A DNA stretch of 64,000 nt from Balanoglossus misakiensis (lineage: Eukaryota; Animalia; Hemichordata), in NCBI GenBank assembly GCA_040954595.2, contig CM082598.2:5099097-5163096 (forward strand), in the 5' to 3' direction. The position numbers were made by a program, and so were the translations under genes. Every line of letters begins with the position of its first letter. Positions within the stretch are counted from its first letter, which is position 1. The notes under the pieces were generated by a model. That model was not told where the DNA came from. It saw only the letters and a list, made by a program, of their open reading frames with translations, and did not search any database. Of this stretch, positions 52,504 to 64,000 are shown one piece after another.

Positions 52504-52596
52504 AGCTGCAATTATTGGAGCCTTGGTGGGTTGGTTGACGATCAAGCCCCCCGTCAGCGATCAACCAACCCACCAAGGCTACAATAATTGCAGCTA
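52504..52596. repeat. ~93-bp hairpin sharing termini with the 49829-50366 fold-back
   Basis: AGCTGCAATTATTGGAGCCTTGGTGGGTTGGTTGA...TCAACCAACCCACCAAGGCTACAATAATTGCAGCT. Confidence 0.8.
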
Positions 52597-52848
52597 GTAT
52601 CATGGCAGTACCACAGAATGTCAATCCTTTAAAATGTAAAAATAAAGTGTCAAAATATTTTCTGTGTCAACATTTGTTACAGTGGCAAACATCGTATAGT
52701 CTTAGAGGACACTCTTCATACAGGTTGTATTATGCTAAATTGATAATGGTTTATAATTATAATTTTAGACATACATGTACAAGGACACTAAAGTGTTATA
52801 ATTTGTTCATATCTTATACATGTAGTTACTACCGATTCATAATTCAAA

Positions 52849-53485
52849 ATGGATATCTTCCAAGCCATGGAGAAGTCGGAGTACATGCTGATGATGTCAC
52901 CAGCCGTGGACGCGACCTCTGACCCCAACTGCACAGAAGGTACGCAGTGGATATGGACCACGTTTAAACAGTGCGTTGAGACGCCGCTACAGTATGTGGG
53001 ATTCGCTCTGGGGATGATTTCCCTGTTTTGCTGGATTGCAATTTTTCTGCCGTAAGTATATGTAGCTATATCCCTAATGCTACTGGGTGTCATATCTGTT
53101 TAGAGAGTCAAGTCCCTTAAAATACGTATTTGCCACTTTTTCTTCTAAAACGTATTTTGACTGTCTTGACATGGCTCTCATACGTACTTAGACACACTTA
53201 ATTGGCAGTCTGAGCCCCCTGTAAAATGTACCAAATCACACTGGTTTGGTTTGAGGGTCTTGTATAGGCTCTACTGAATAACACACACTTGGCAGCCTAA
53301 CGGGCCTGGGAGCCCGGATTCTAGGCACCCTGGAAATCAAACTAGTTTCAACTGACTTGGCAGCGTTAGGGATATAGATGTAGTTATACACAATGTGTGC
53401 AGTACAATTTCAGAAGACAACCAGATTTAAGACAGGTGTTGCTGTCAGGTTCATTATCACACTGGTACGTTTCACCAACCTTGTA

Positions 53486-53516
<31 letters not shown>

Positions 53517-56500
53517 GTCAGTGAGTTGTTTTGGCCTGCAGAGCCATGCATAAAGATAAGAATGTCCGATGATATGCTGAGCTTAACCACTGACCGTTGC
53601 AATAGTACTATTGATACAGTCAAACCTGTCTATAGTGGCCAGTCAATGGACTTTCCTAAACTGATCTTCATAGACTGATGGCCTTTATAGACAGGTTAAT
53701 TTATGCACATGGAAAAAGCACGGGGACTGTAACAAAATGGCCACTATAGACAAGTTTCCACTATATAGAGGTGACAGTTGCAATAGTACTATTGATACAG
53801 TCAAACCTGTCTATAGTGGCCAGTCAATGGACTTTCCTAAACTGATCTTCATAGACAGGTGGCCTTTATAGACAGGTTAATATATACACTTATAGAAATC
53901 GCACGGGGACTGTAACAAAATGGCCGCTACAGACACTATATAGAGGTGGCCACTAACACAGGATTGACTGTAATGTCAGAATATCTTGTTGTTTACTCGC
54001 AGGCAAATCTACATGAATATAAAGAAGGGCAAGATGGACGAAGGTGTTGCTTTCTTGTTCATATTTATTTGGATGCTGGGAGACTTCAGCAATTTACTCG
54101 GGTGCGTACTGGCCAAGCAGTTGCCGTTTCAGGTGAGCTTCTCATTTCTATCGTGGCCGTTGTGTCAGACTATCATACATACATAAACAGAATCACATTT
54201 ATGACTGATACTGGCAATTTGCTGATACTGGGCTAACCCACTGTTAGCTCAGTGTGGGCTAATAGGAAAATAACTCTCGATCTGTTCTGTATGCAGGCAT
54301 GTTCTGTGACCCTCATGAATATTCAATAGGAAGCCATCTTTGCTGAAAGTTCTGTGACCCTCATGAATATTCATAAGGAAGCCATCTTTGCTGAATAGAC
54401 CAGTATTTTCTTTCTAAGTTTCCACTTCTCCTGGACCGGGCTAACTGACCATCTTTAATCTCATTCTTCCCTCTCCAGCTATTTATTGCAATATGGTACT
54501 GCAGTCAAGATATATTTATGATTACACAATATATATACTACTACAGGAGGAATAAACGAAGACGGATGCTGGAAGGTAAGTCAATACACAGGAACCTGTT
54601 GGCAGTTCATTCGTCCTGATTATTTTGCATATTTCATCAGTTTTTGTGATGCGATTTTAGGTTTAAATTCCCTGCGAGAGAGAAAAAAGCAGAGGTTCAC
54701 AATCTTGGTTTCACAAAAATCACAACTTCAATGTTTCTCCACACAGTTTACACAGAAACTGGCAGCCATTTTGAATTTTTCTCCACAAAGTGTACACAGA
54801 AACTGGCGGCCATTTTGTATATCACATTTGAGACAAAGTCAGTCTTATTCAAAATTCTACACGGTGACACTTAATTTGTCTATTCTCATTTTAAAAAGGG
54901 GATAAATCTAAAATTGCCTTTTAGATTATTGCATACTATGTGATGTGACGCGAATAGCTTGAGCTGTGAACACTATCAAAGTTTCGTCATCTCGTACTGT
55001 TTAATAGTTTTCACTTTCATTCCTCAGCTGTCATCAACAAACAGAACATAAACAACGGCAGCGTAGGGGGTGGTGACGGTTACCAAAACAGCACAGGGGT
55101 CTACTGTGTTCTCTGCATCTTCACATTTTCTTTGATGTCGCAGCTGCCATGGCAACAGGATGGAGACACATACAATTCTAGGGGCGATGCTTCAGGAAGG
55201 AGGCTCCTTAGGAACCCTGTATTTCAGGTAGGAATTCACAATTTTTATAATGTTCCCAGGAACAGACATACTGCTATGATCAGAACGAGTTTATTTTTCC
55301 CATGGCACTTTTTAAAGGTATACAGTCATCGATAATTTACATAGGCCCATATATGGTTAAAAGGGTGTGTATACAATCCCGCATAATTTTTAATATTGTG
55401 AGGAAGCTTCCGTTCACAAACTTTCATAATTATTTTGTTTTTCACAGGACACAGAAGATATTATAGGATATGTATTTGGAATCATTTCGAGTATTATGTA
55501 TTTGAGTGCTAGAGTACCACAGATCAGGAAAAATGTAAGTTCTTACACACTTGTTCTTTCCACTCCATCTAATCATAAAAACAGACATGCTGATCGTCTT
55601 ATGCACATGTGCGTAATTTTGTGTGAATAAAAATTACTTCGAATCCAAAATTTTGCATTCGACGCATTCAAATAGTGGACTGCCTTCGCTTCCTTCCATA
55701 TTACATGGGCACTGTACACAACTCTTTGCAAATGAAATCTAATACTACTGAGTGTCATACCTGAGTGTCAAGTCCCTTAAAATACGTATTTGTCACTTTT
55801 TCTTCTAAAAAGAATTTTGACTGTCTTGACATGGCTCTCATATGTGCTTAGACACACTTGGCAGTCTGAGCCCCCTGTAAAATGTACCAAATCGCACTGG
55901 TTTGTACTGGTTTGGTCTGAGGGTCTTGTATAGGCCCTACTGATTAATACACACTTGGCAGTCTGAGCCCCCTGTAAAATGTACCTCATCGCACTGGTTT
56001 GCACTGTATTGGTTTGAGGGTCTTGTATAGGCCCTACTGAATAACACGCACTTGGCAGTCTAACAGGGCACACTGGAAATCAAACCAGTTGGTCTGAGGG
56101 TGTTGTATAGGCCCTACTGATTAACACACACTTGGCAGTCTAACGGGCCTGGGAGCCTGGATTCTAGACACCCTGGAAATCACAACAGTCTCAACTGACT
56201 TGGTAGCGTTAGGGTTAAATTTGGTGAGAAGTTTGCCAAATGGTATTTGATTTACCTTCAAATTGATGACATTTTATGGATTCTCTCACGGTTCTTGTAT
56301 TGTTGTTTCAGCATCAGCGAAAATCGGTGGAAGGAGTTTCTATATGGATGTTTGTGCTGAGTATCATAGGAAACACAACGTACGGTGTTTCCATATTGAT
56401 GCAGAATGAGACAACAAATTACATTATACAACACCTACCATGGCTTATTGGGAGTCTGGGCACTTTAGGGTTTGATATAACCGTATCCTTTTCGGTCTAC

Positions 56501-57313
56501 ATGTAGCAGACTTTTGTTTGGCAGAAAGAGTGTGTGTGTGGTTTAGATACTGTAAAACATTTTATTTTCGCGAGCAATAAATTTTCGCCAAATACGCGAG
56601 AGCCAAAATAGCGTGAAAATAAAACGTCGCGTAAATTTTTTTTGTAGATAACGATGCAGTGAATGAAATAAGAGAACGCGAAAATTAATACTCGCGAAAC
56701 AGTGGCCTCTCTCGATATTGCAAAAATTTCAACTCGCGAAAATAAAGTGTTTTACAGTATGTATCTAGCAGAAAGAGAGAGAGGGAAGGAGGGAGTGTGT
56801 GTGGTTTAGATAACTATCCTTTAAGATCTAGCAGAAAGCGCGAGAGAGATAGTTAGTGTCACTGTGTGTGTGTGCATATCATTTCAAGCAGATGATTAAA
56901 AGACTAGTACCACTAAAATATGCATCACCATGGCTTGAGATTGGTACCTGCGACATGTTGATTAACCCTATCACCACCATGGTTTGGGCCAACTCCATTG
57001 TTTTCTATGGTAAAGTTGGACCTCTGGAGAAGGAACTGGGGGTGAGAGGGTTAATCCAACTCTCATAGTTGACTGAGACTGTTCTCGCAGTGTTGGCAAA
57101 ATCAGAAAATAACTCGCTACAACTGAACTCTTGGAACTCATTTTCATCCAAATCAGCTATGATCCTTAGCTTTGGCGTCAGCTGATGGTTCAATTCTCAA
57201 TCTACGGAGACCAGGTGTGTCCATGCTGCCCGTCAAGAAAGAAAGATGTTGAACATGTCGCCGAGCGACAACCACTCCTTGACGACAAGCCACCGGTGGT
57301 AGAGGTTCTGTAA
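52849..57313 (+). CDS. SLC66A1: Lysosomal cationic amino acid transporter SLC66A1/PQLC2/LAAT-1, 7 exons (52849-53051, 54003-54132, 54479-54575, 55028-55227, 55448-55534, 56312-56482, 57182-57313), 339 aa
   Basis: NCTEGTQWI...CVET, two PQ loops (FLPQIYMN, RVPQIRKN), WMLGDFSNLLG, KSVEGVS and HLPWLIGSLGTLGFD. C-terminal dileucine signal ERQPLL. Phases are consistent. Confidence 0.93.
53072..53371. mobile_element. 300-bp piggyBac-like non-autonomous element with ATAT flanks; expanded sister copy at ~55739-56214
   Basis: ATAT-CCCTAATGCT...AGCGTTAGGG-ATAT. The sister copy shares GTCAAGTCCCTTAAAATACGTATTTG... and ends AGGG-TTAA. Confidence 0.75.
53597..53972. mobile_element. Tc1/pogo-like MITE (53798-53970, TA TSD) with a 181-bp tandem duplication of its left part plus flank
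   Basis: TA-CAGTCAAACCTG...CAGGATTGACTG-TA. GTTGCAATAGTACTATTGATACAGTCAAACC is repeated at a 181-bp offset. Confidence 0.8.
55739..56214. mobile_element. piggyBac-like element, sister copy with internal tandem expansion
   Basis: Homologous to 53072-53371. The CACTTGGCAGTCT / GAGGGTCTTGTATAGGCCCTACTGA units are repeated 3-4 times. Confidence 0.75.
56550..56757. mobile_element. ~208-bp TA-flanked MITE (Tc1/mariner-like) inside the U12 intron
   Basis: TA-CTGTAAAACATTTTATTTTCGCGAG...CTCGCGAAAATAAAGTGTTTTACAG-TA, with internal CGCGAAA repeats. Confidence 0.82.
56966..57050. mobile_element. piggyBac-like mini-MITE, copy 3
   Basis: TTAA-CCCTATCACC...GGTGAGAGGG-TTAA. Confidence 0.8.
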
Positions 57314-59275
57314 AGTCTTCATTAAATTCACCGAGATGTGCTGTGAAATTTCTGAGATGCAAAATCCATATTTGCATACTCTTATGGACCATCTGGGTAT
57401 TTGCATGCTGTATTTCTGCAATATTGTAAACCGTATGGTTTTGAGGACTGTTTTTAATGGTGATTTTTATTCCTGTTTCGTCGAGTTCCATCAGTTTACC
57501 TCGTTCGGTATTTTGGCATAGCTCCTTCAAGCTTGTTAGGGCAGATTTTTGCAGAATGAGCGCCCACCTGGAACTACGATTGGCTGTTGAACATCTGTTA
57601 TTCCAGCCAATCAGAACATACCTGCACACAGCATCTGATCAGAGGATATAATAGAGGGAGAATCATGATAAACTCCCACTGGGTTAGCCCATCAGAAGAT
57701 ACTTATTGATGATAACATGATATCATTGGATGAGAGATCGAATTTTGCTTAAATCACCTCTTCCGCTAGCCAATCAGAGCAGGGCTTCCTGACATGGAGT
57801 TGTCACTTTATGAATAACATTTACTAGCTACTGTAGCCTTCACATCAAAATATTGTATTTATTTATTTTTTGTATGCATGCACTGTCATGGCAACCACGG
57901 AAGTTAGCCAATGCAGCAACACCCGAATCTCATTGGCTTGCAAATTTTGTGACCTGGCCTGGCGAATATTTGTGCTCAAACTACCCTCACAGATAGAGGT
58001 TAGAGGAAAACATGGCTGATCCATTTACATGTACTGTTGCACAGGGGCTGGATCTGTACATAATATCCCCTGTACAATTGCCCCACTTAATAACCCTCTC
58101 ATTGCCGGCCTATAGTTAACATGTCGTAAATTTTCACAAATTTCACCTCGTAACTTTTACCGTATTTTTCCTAAAATTTTGATCTAGACCTCCAGACAAC
58201 GGGAAATTAACTCCATCTGGTCTTGAATTGAGATAAAAAATAGTGTAAAATTTGTGAAAACGATTAAAATGTTCCACCACATTTTGACAGCAAAAAATGT
58301 GGAATTCAAAGGGTCAATATAATATACATCTCACTTTCGCAAAGCTTTCTGCGTTCTGTAAGCAAATTTCTTCCAAGAATATAAGCAATTTAATTTTTGT
58401 TGAATAGATAAGTTATATATTATGAATTAAAGTTCGGGAAACTGGTATTTTAAATGCAGCATTTAAACCATGACATTTTGCAATATAACTTTAAAATAGA
58501 GGGTAACGTTCCTCATGAAGTTTTGCGACCTAATTCCCTTTCAGCTATAATTATGACTTCTTGAATAAAAACATAAAGTCAGAGATTCTACATAACTTTA
58601 AATGTGTGCCATGACACGTTTTCTTGTTATTTTTATGAATTTGAATTATAAGCAAAATGTGTATTCACATACACTCAAAAAGTTAAAATAAACTGTAGGT
58701 TTCTGGGTAATCCGTGACTGAGTTTCGTTAAACACCACCACCAACGTTTGTTCTGAGAAATTTTTCTACTTTATCAGTGCGTGTTTTTTTCAGTGTTTTT
58801 GCCGTTGGTGGCGCACTGCATCGCTGATGATGTACGTGTACATGGCTGAAGGTGTTGTCATTTAGAAATTACAGCATCAGCGAACAAATAGCTAATCATA
58901 GTGAGTCTTTGTTTTGTACAGGCTCTATATTAAGTTCCATACCTGCCTATTGCGCATGCACGCACGCCCGCCTGCACAAGATACCTTTGAACATTCGCTG
59001 AGCGCTGCGTCTCACGTGACTAAGCAAGACGTGCTTGTCACCGAGGCAGGGTACCAGCCAATCTTTGAACAGAGGTCTGGATGAAACTATGGCAACGTGG
59101 CACCGTGGTAATTCGCGACGCGCAACATTAGCGCCACCGCAATCACTCAGCAAATGTTGGCTTATTTGAAATTCTGCCTGAAGGTATCGATTTATAAATC
59201 ACTCAAACTGGCGGCGTAAACAGTGCTTGTCAAAACCCATCGCTCCCGCCACCTGATCAATTCCGAATTCGCGTC

Positions 59276-59289
59276 GTCGCCATAGTAAC
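59276..59289. promoter_or_regulatory. RFX X-box upstream of the EF-hand gene
   Basis: GTCGCCATAGTAAC matches GTYNCY-AT-RGNAAC. A candidate 5' UTR donor CAT|GTAAGT lies at ~59908. Confidence 0.4.
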
Positions 59290-61144
59290 ACCCATCAACT
59301 TTCAAAGGGCGGCTTCCCGTCAGCCGAAACCGATCTCCCTGTCGACGCGATGCATTAAGAACGCGTTTTTCTACCAACAATGCGGCATGTTAGATTAAAT
59401 TTCCCTTTCTGAATGGTCTTGTCTGGTCAAATTAACTGCCACGACACGCCAACAAGTTTAATCCCTCCCTATTTCGTATCAGCTTTCTTAGCTACGACTG
59501 TCCCCCCGGTTCATTCCATTGCGTGCTCTTTACTGAATACAAGCCAGCAATATCGTATTTCTTTTGTGCTGAAATAACAGTAATAGAACATAATTCGATT
59601 GCGCCATTTTACAGCGCCGATGATTTTTTTTAATGAGCGTAATTTGTCATTCCGGTGGGCTTGCTGTCTCCAAACAACTGGGGCTGCCACTATCTCGACG
59701 CGGATTGTAAAGATTTGCATGTTGCTGTAGCCCGCTACACCTGTCGACAAAAGCTTCGTTTTTTTTACATGCGATCGTGTAACCTTAACCCGACAGAACA
59801 TCGCGTACACTCTTCTCAACCTTGCAAAAGTGCGCAGCGACAGAACAGTTCGTCTTAAACCGCGGGGCTCACTTCAGAACCTACAACCGTGACCTCTCTA
59901 CCTTTCATGTAAGTATTTTACTTCGACGTACGTTGTCTTCCGAATAACTAGGCGCGGAAAAGGACAGACAAGGCTGGGGACAATGATTAGACAGTTTTAT
60001 TTAACGCTGTTTCGTGAAATCTACTTTCGGAGGCGACACTGTAGTGGTATTACCTGAAACCAGTGGCGGGTTCGGACAAGTGGCTGGTAACTGAGCTATT
60101 GAAGCGGTACTCGTTTGATGTAGCTGTTATCATTTTTATAACACATTGAAACGTCTATAGATTTTTGATGTCATTTTACTGGTATATGGACGACAGCGTA
60201 CAACTGACCCACGCGCGGCTCAAATATAGGGCCGTGTAATATTGACTTTTGGCAAAATGGTGGACGTACTACAAAAGTCATACTACTTCTTGTAATCCGT
60301 ATGTCAAAAGTATGGATCTTTTGTATTTGCGAACTGCTGAAGTAGAGATTATAAGATGGTTGCCTAATAAGTGGTCGGAAATGCATTTTTTGGTACGGCT
60401 AATCCCCCCGGAAATCTCCGCCGGTTGCATTGAATCCCAACATAGCTGTGCAGATCAGTAGCGAGGGAAGTAATATTTTACATGTAAATTTATCGTTCGC
60501 GAAAATTTCCCGTTTTGCAGTTAGTTGTGTCGTCTCTCGGCTGCATTTCCATCACTGTTGTTGCGCCATAGAACATTGCACAACGCATACAAGTTGTGTA
60601 TAGCAACGTTTGCTGTTGATTAAAGGGACAAAGTCTCTCTCTCACTGCCCCTTTTCCATTACATGTTTACGGTAAATAAGGTTTTCTTGAGGAGCTATAC
60701 TGACTGAAAATTTGAGAATTTTGTAAATGGCGCCCCCTTTAGGTCAACCACACAAGTCTACATGTACTGATTCTGTATGTAAGATTGTAGTCATGGAAAC
60801 ACCAAGGAGACGCCCGTTCCTTTAATATGACGGTTGTCGGGCCATCGGCTATGTTCAATGCGACACACTGTACATGTAAATGCTCTTTTTGTCAGAGAGG
60901 CACCGCGCGTGCGCAATAATTGATTGCAGAGCGCGACGCTTACTGTACATCTTAATTGCCCACAGGCAGTACTATAGTATTTATCACTCAGTCACTGTGC
61001 GAAGCGGGAATCAATGCACCCTGTTTTCTTTGTGTTTTAGCCTCGCAATCTACAACAATTGATCAATACTGTATAGTTTTCTAAATAAATTTCACATTGT
61101 GGTTAGATGCGAAATTTGTTCTCTCTCCTTTCGCATCCCCTTCG

Positions 61145-61443
61145 TTCACTCACTCACTCACTCACTCGCTCGCTCACTCACTCACTCACCCACCCACCCA
61201 CTCACTCACTCACTCACTCACTCTCTCTCACTCACTCACTCACTCACTCACTCACTCGCTCGCTCACTCACTCACTCACCCACCCACCCACTCACTCACT
61301 CACTCACTCACTCACTCACTCACTCACTCACTCACTCACTCACTCACTCACTCACTCACTCACTCACTCACTCATTTACTCACTCACTCACTCACTCACT
61401 CACTCACTCACTCACTCACTCACTCACTCACTCACTCACTCAC
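61145..61443. repeat. (CTCA)n microsatellite
   Basis: Direct reading. Confidence 0.96.
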
Positions 61444-61654
61444 ACATTTGCTCAAACACTCATCTGATCACACGATCGATCAACCGATCGACCAACCAAC
61501 CATCCAACCAACCAACCAACCGTCAATCGCCATTGTTGTTTGTTCTTTAGCAAAATTTATTATTCCTTGTTACTCAATCTTACTGACTTCCCTCTTTCAA
61601 TCTTTTTTTTCAACGACCAGTTTCGATTCAGAACATGAAACTGTAATCAACACT

Positions 61655-61872
61655 ATGTCGGACAACGGGCGACGACCCCCGCGAAGGAAACACCGCCACA
61701 AGAGGGCGCGAGACCATCCCAAGCCAGAGACTCGAGAGGACCTGCTCCACAAACTGACGAGCACGGGCGACCGGCTGACGTGTGTGGACGAGCAGATACG
61801 TCAGCAGCTGACGTCACAGGAGATACGTGACCTGAGGCTGGTTTTTGATACATTTGACAGAGAGAAGAAAGG
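61655..61872 (+). CDS. First coding exon of a calmodulin/centrin-like EF-hand protein with a basic N-terminal extension; remaining exons not found in the window
   Basis: Acceptor at 61618-61620. MSDNGRRPPRRKHRHKR...QQLTSQEIRDLRLVFDTFDREKKG resembles the first EF-hand helix and loop. Donor GG|GTGAGC. Confidence 0.65.
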
Positions 61873-62859
61873 GTGAGCTTTTTCTGATGGCCCTTCTTTG
61901 TCCATGTTAACGTCTTGTCTCCATCCTGGACAAAAACAACGCGTCATTAATGCATAGAAGCTCTTTGTCCGAAACCATTTGTTTCATAACTTTGACGGTC
62001 ATTACGACAACAACTACGCCAATTTAAATTTTGACGTAAGCGATGAGCAGAAAGGGCCTTGCCCGAGGAAATAAACCATGTACATGTATGAAGTGTAAAA
62101 AGTATTATAAAAGCTTAATAATCACGGGTTGTTCCTCACGTACAAGCTAGTTTCATGACATTGTTTCGAACTGTACTTGCCAATAAATGTACATATGTAC
62201 TCACTGAATGATGTATATGCAAGTATTATTAACCACTATATATGACTTCATATGCACGTTTTAATCAAGCAAAGTGGTGCCCCACGGCAATATGGCGGCC
62301 ACTTTGTGAATATGCAAAATGCACTGCAAACAGTGTATTCCCCTCATTGAAACAAATCGAACCATCTTTACTGCACCATAGACCCTGCAAAACTAGCTTT
62401 CTCTAGGGTCTATGACTGCACTAAGACATTTCATTTTTCATAGCAAAAATATCACAGACTTTAAAATTGCGGGAAAATTCATGTGGCCATTTTGTCACAA
62501 ATAATTGTTACCTTGATATAGCATCATGCGATATTAAAGAGATAGAATTAAATGCATATCCTAGCTTATTGGAGATATTTAAAACTTAACAAATTTTAAT
62601 TTATCGAGGTGCTGCTCATGGAGATTTAGAAACTCAAGCTGTCGGTTTACTTCCTAGTATTCAAGATTTCAGATATTGCCCGCCACGTTAATCCCGCTCA
62701 ATTTGCGTTATAAAACAGTCCTTCCCACTCGGCCTTGGAATCATGGATCCGTCTGAACTGCTCATGTGCGACTTTTCCGTCTGGTTAAAACACACTGTTC
62801 AAGGAGACCCTGCCAATCAAAACATAGCATATCAAAAAAAAATTGGAAAATAGGATAAA

Positions 62860-63093
62860 AAGTAACAACCACACTGTTTACAATGATGTACACTGTAGCA
62901 AGTTACACTACAGTGTAATACAAAGTGGCAATCACATTGTTTGCAATGATGTACATTGTAGTAGTTACATTACAGTGTAATACAAAGTAGCAACCATATT
63001 ATTTGCAATGATGTACAATGTAGCAAGTTACACTAGTGTAGTACAAAGTAGCAATCACATTGTTTGAGATGAAATACATTGTAGCTGTTACAC
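62860..63093 (+). repeat. 62-bp minisatellite family, ~3.5 diverged units
   Basis: GATGTACA(C/T/A)TGTAG...GTTACACTACAGTGTAATACAAAGT units. Confidence 0.88.
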
Positions 63094-63424
63094 TTTACGC
63101 CTACTTTGACTTACGAGAAACTGTGACTATCTTACCTCATACCTGCACCAGCAGACGACACGACACATGTTCTTTAATCTGCCCGATTCCACCAATTCTG
63201 GCCTAGCCGTGTTCATGAACTGGCTATATCACTCTACCGTGCATTTCTATTCACCCCAACTCCAGCCATAGTTGTTTTTAATTTCTCCTTAATTCACTTC
63301 ATTCAATAGGTGTATTGTCGGTGAAGACCTACGCCGAGCAATGCGAATACTAGGATTTTGTCCAACCAGAAAGGAAATAGACGATATGATAGGTAATTAG
63401 CTTACATACAAACACATAAAACAG

Positions 63425-63658
63425 GCATGCATGCATGCATGCATGCATGCATACATACATACATACATACATACATACATACATACATACATACATACAT
63501 ACATAGATACATACATACATACATACATACATACATACATACATACATACATACATACATACATACATACATACATACATACATACATACATACATACAT
63601 ACATACATACATACATACATACATACATACATACATACATACATACATACATACATAC
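63425..63658. repeat. (GCAT)n(ACAT)n microsatellite
   Basis: Direct reading. Confidence 0.97.
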
Positions 63659-63960
63659 GAGAGACGTGTGTGTGTGAGGGGCTAGCGAGAGAGAGTTGGG
63701 GCAAGCGTATGTACACGAGCTTAATAGCTTATCTAATTACAAGTTATTTCAAAGACCCAGTCTATGATTGATTCTTCTTCTTCTTTATGTCTTGTTTCAC
63801 AGCTGACTTGGGCAGCCAGAGCAAAGGGTACGTTCCTAACATGAATGTCCGACGTCAATAAAATTTATGGCGCGTTTGCTTGTTGTTTTCAACCACAGGT
63901 CGCCATAAATAATACATAGGAGGCAAAGATGACTTTTTGATACTAAGATTATTAAAACCA

Positions 63961-63963
<3 letters not shown>

Positions 63964-64000
<37 letters not shown>
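63964..64000. repeat. (GA)n microsatellite running off the window end
   Basis: Direct reading. Confidence 0.97.

Larger units (their letters stand above)
56483..57181 (+). other. U12-type (minor spliceosome) GT-AG intron of SLC66A1
   Basis: 5' site GTATCCTTTT. Branch-like ATCCTTAGC at 57162-57170 lies just upstream of CAG, with no polypyrimidine tract. Confidence 0.85.

Noticed and set aside
63803-63827. Micro-exon continuing the EF-hand gene
   Set aside because: Splice-like sites exist, but joining to the phase-2 donor at 61872 gives GGC TGA, an immediate stop, so it cannot be supported.

Overview
Gene-dense eukaryotic DNA with GT-AG introns, microsatellites and many MITEs. The gene and repeat content suggests a marine invertebrate deuterostome, possibly a hemichordate (inference). 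Hand-splicing gives nine complete genes and one partial gene: an SLC10 transporter (-), a KY/hillarin-like transglutaminase-fold protease (-), an intronless orphan class A GPCR (+), an intronless B4GALNT1/2-like glycosyltransferase (-), a secreted PAN-EGF-2xLamG protein (+), a two-TM MARCH-type RING-CH ligase (+), a chimeric ubiquitin-system gene (-), RAB3IP/Rabin8 (-), SLC66A1/PQLC2 with a U12-type intron (+), and the start of an EF-hand gene (+). The main finding is the 11-exon minus-strand gene at 32077-37495. Nine small exons encode the N-terminal region of the deubiquitinase USP9X/FAF without its catalytic domain. They splice in frame onto an intact RING-CH E3 domain and a single C-terminal membrane anchor (579 aa). 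Other notable features are a mosaic of copied RAB3IP and B4GALNT fragments at 13.7-14.45 kb, a near-perfect 456-bp palindrome, a hAT-like element with a 5-bp TSD, and several TTAA-targeting MITE families. Family assignments come from recalled motifs, not database searches.
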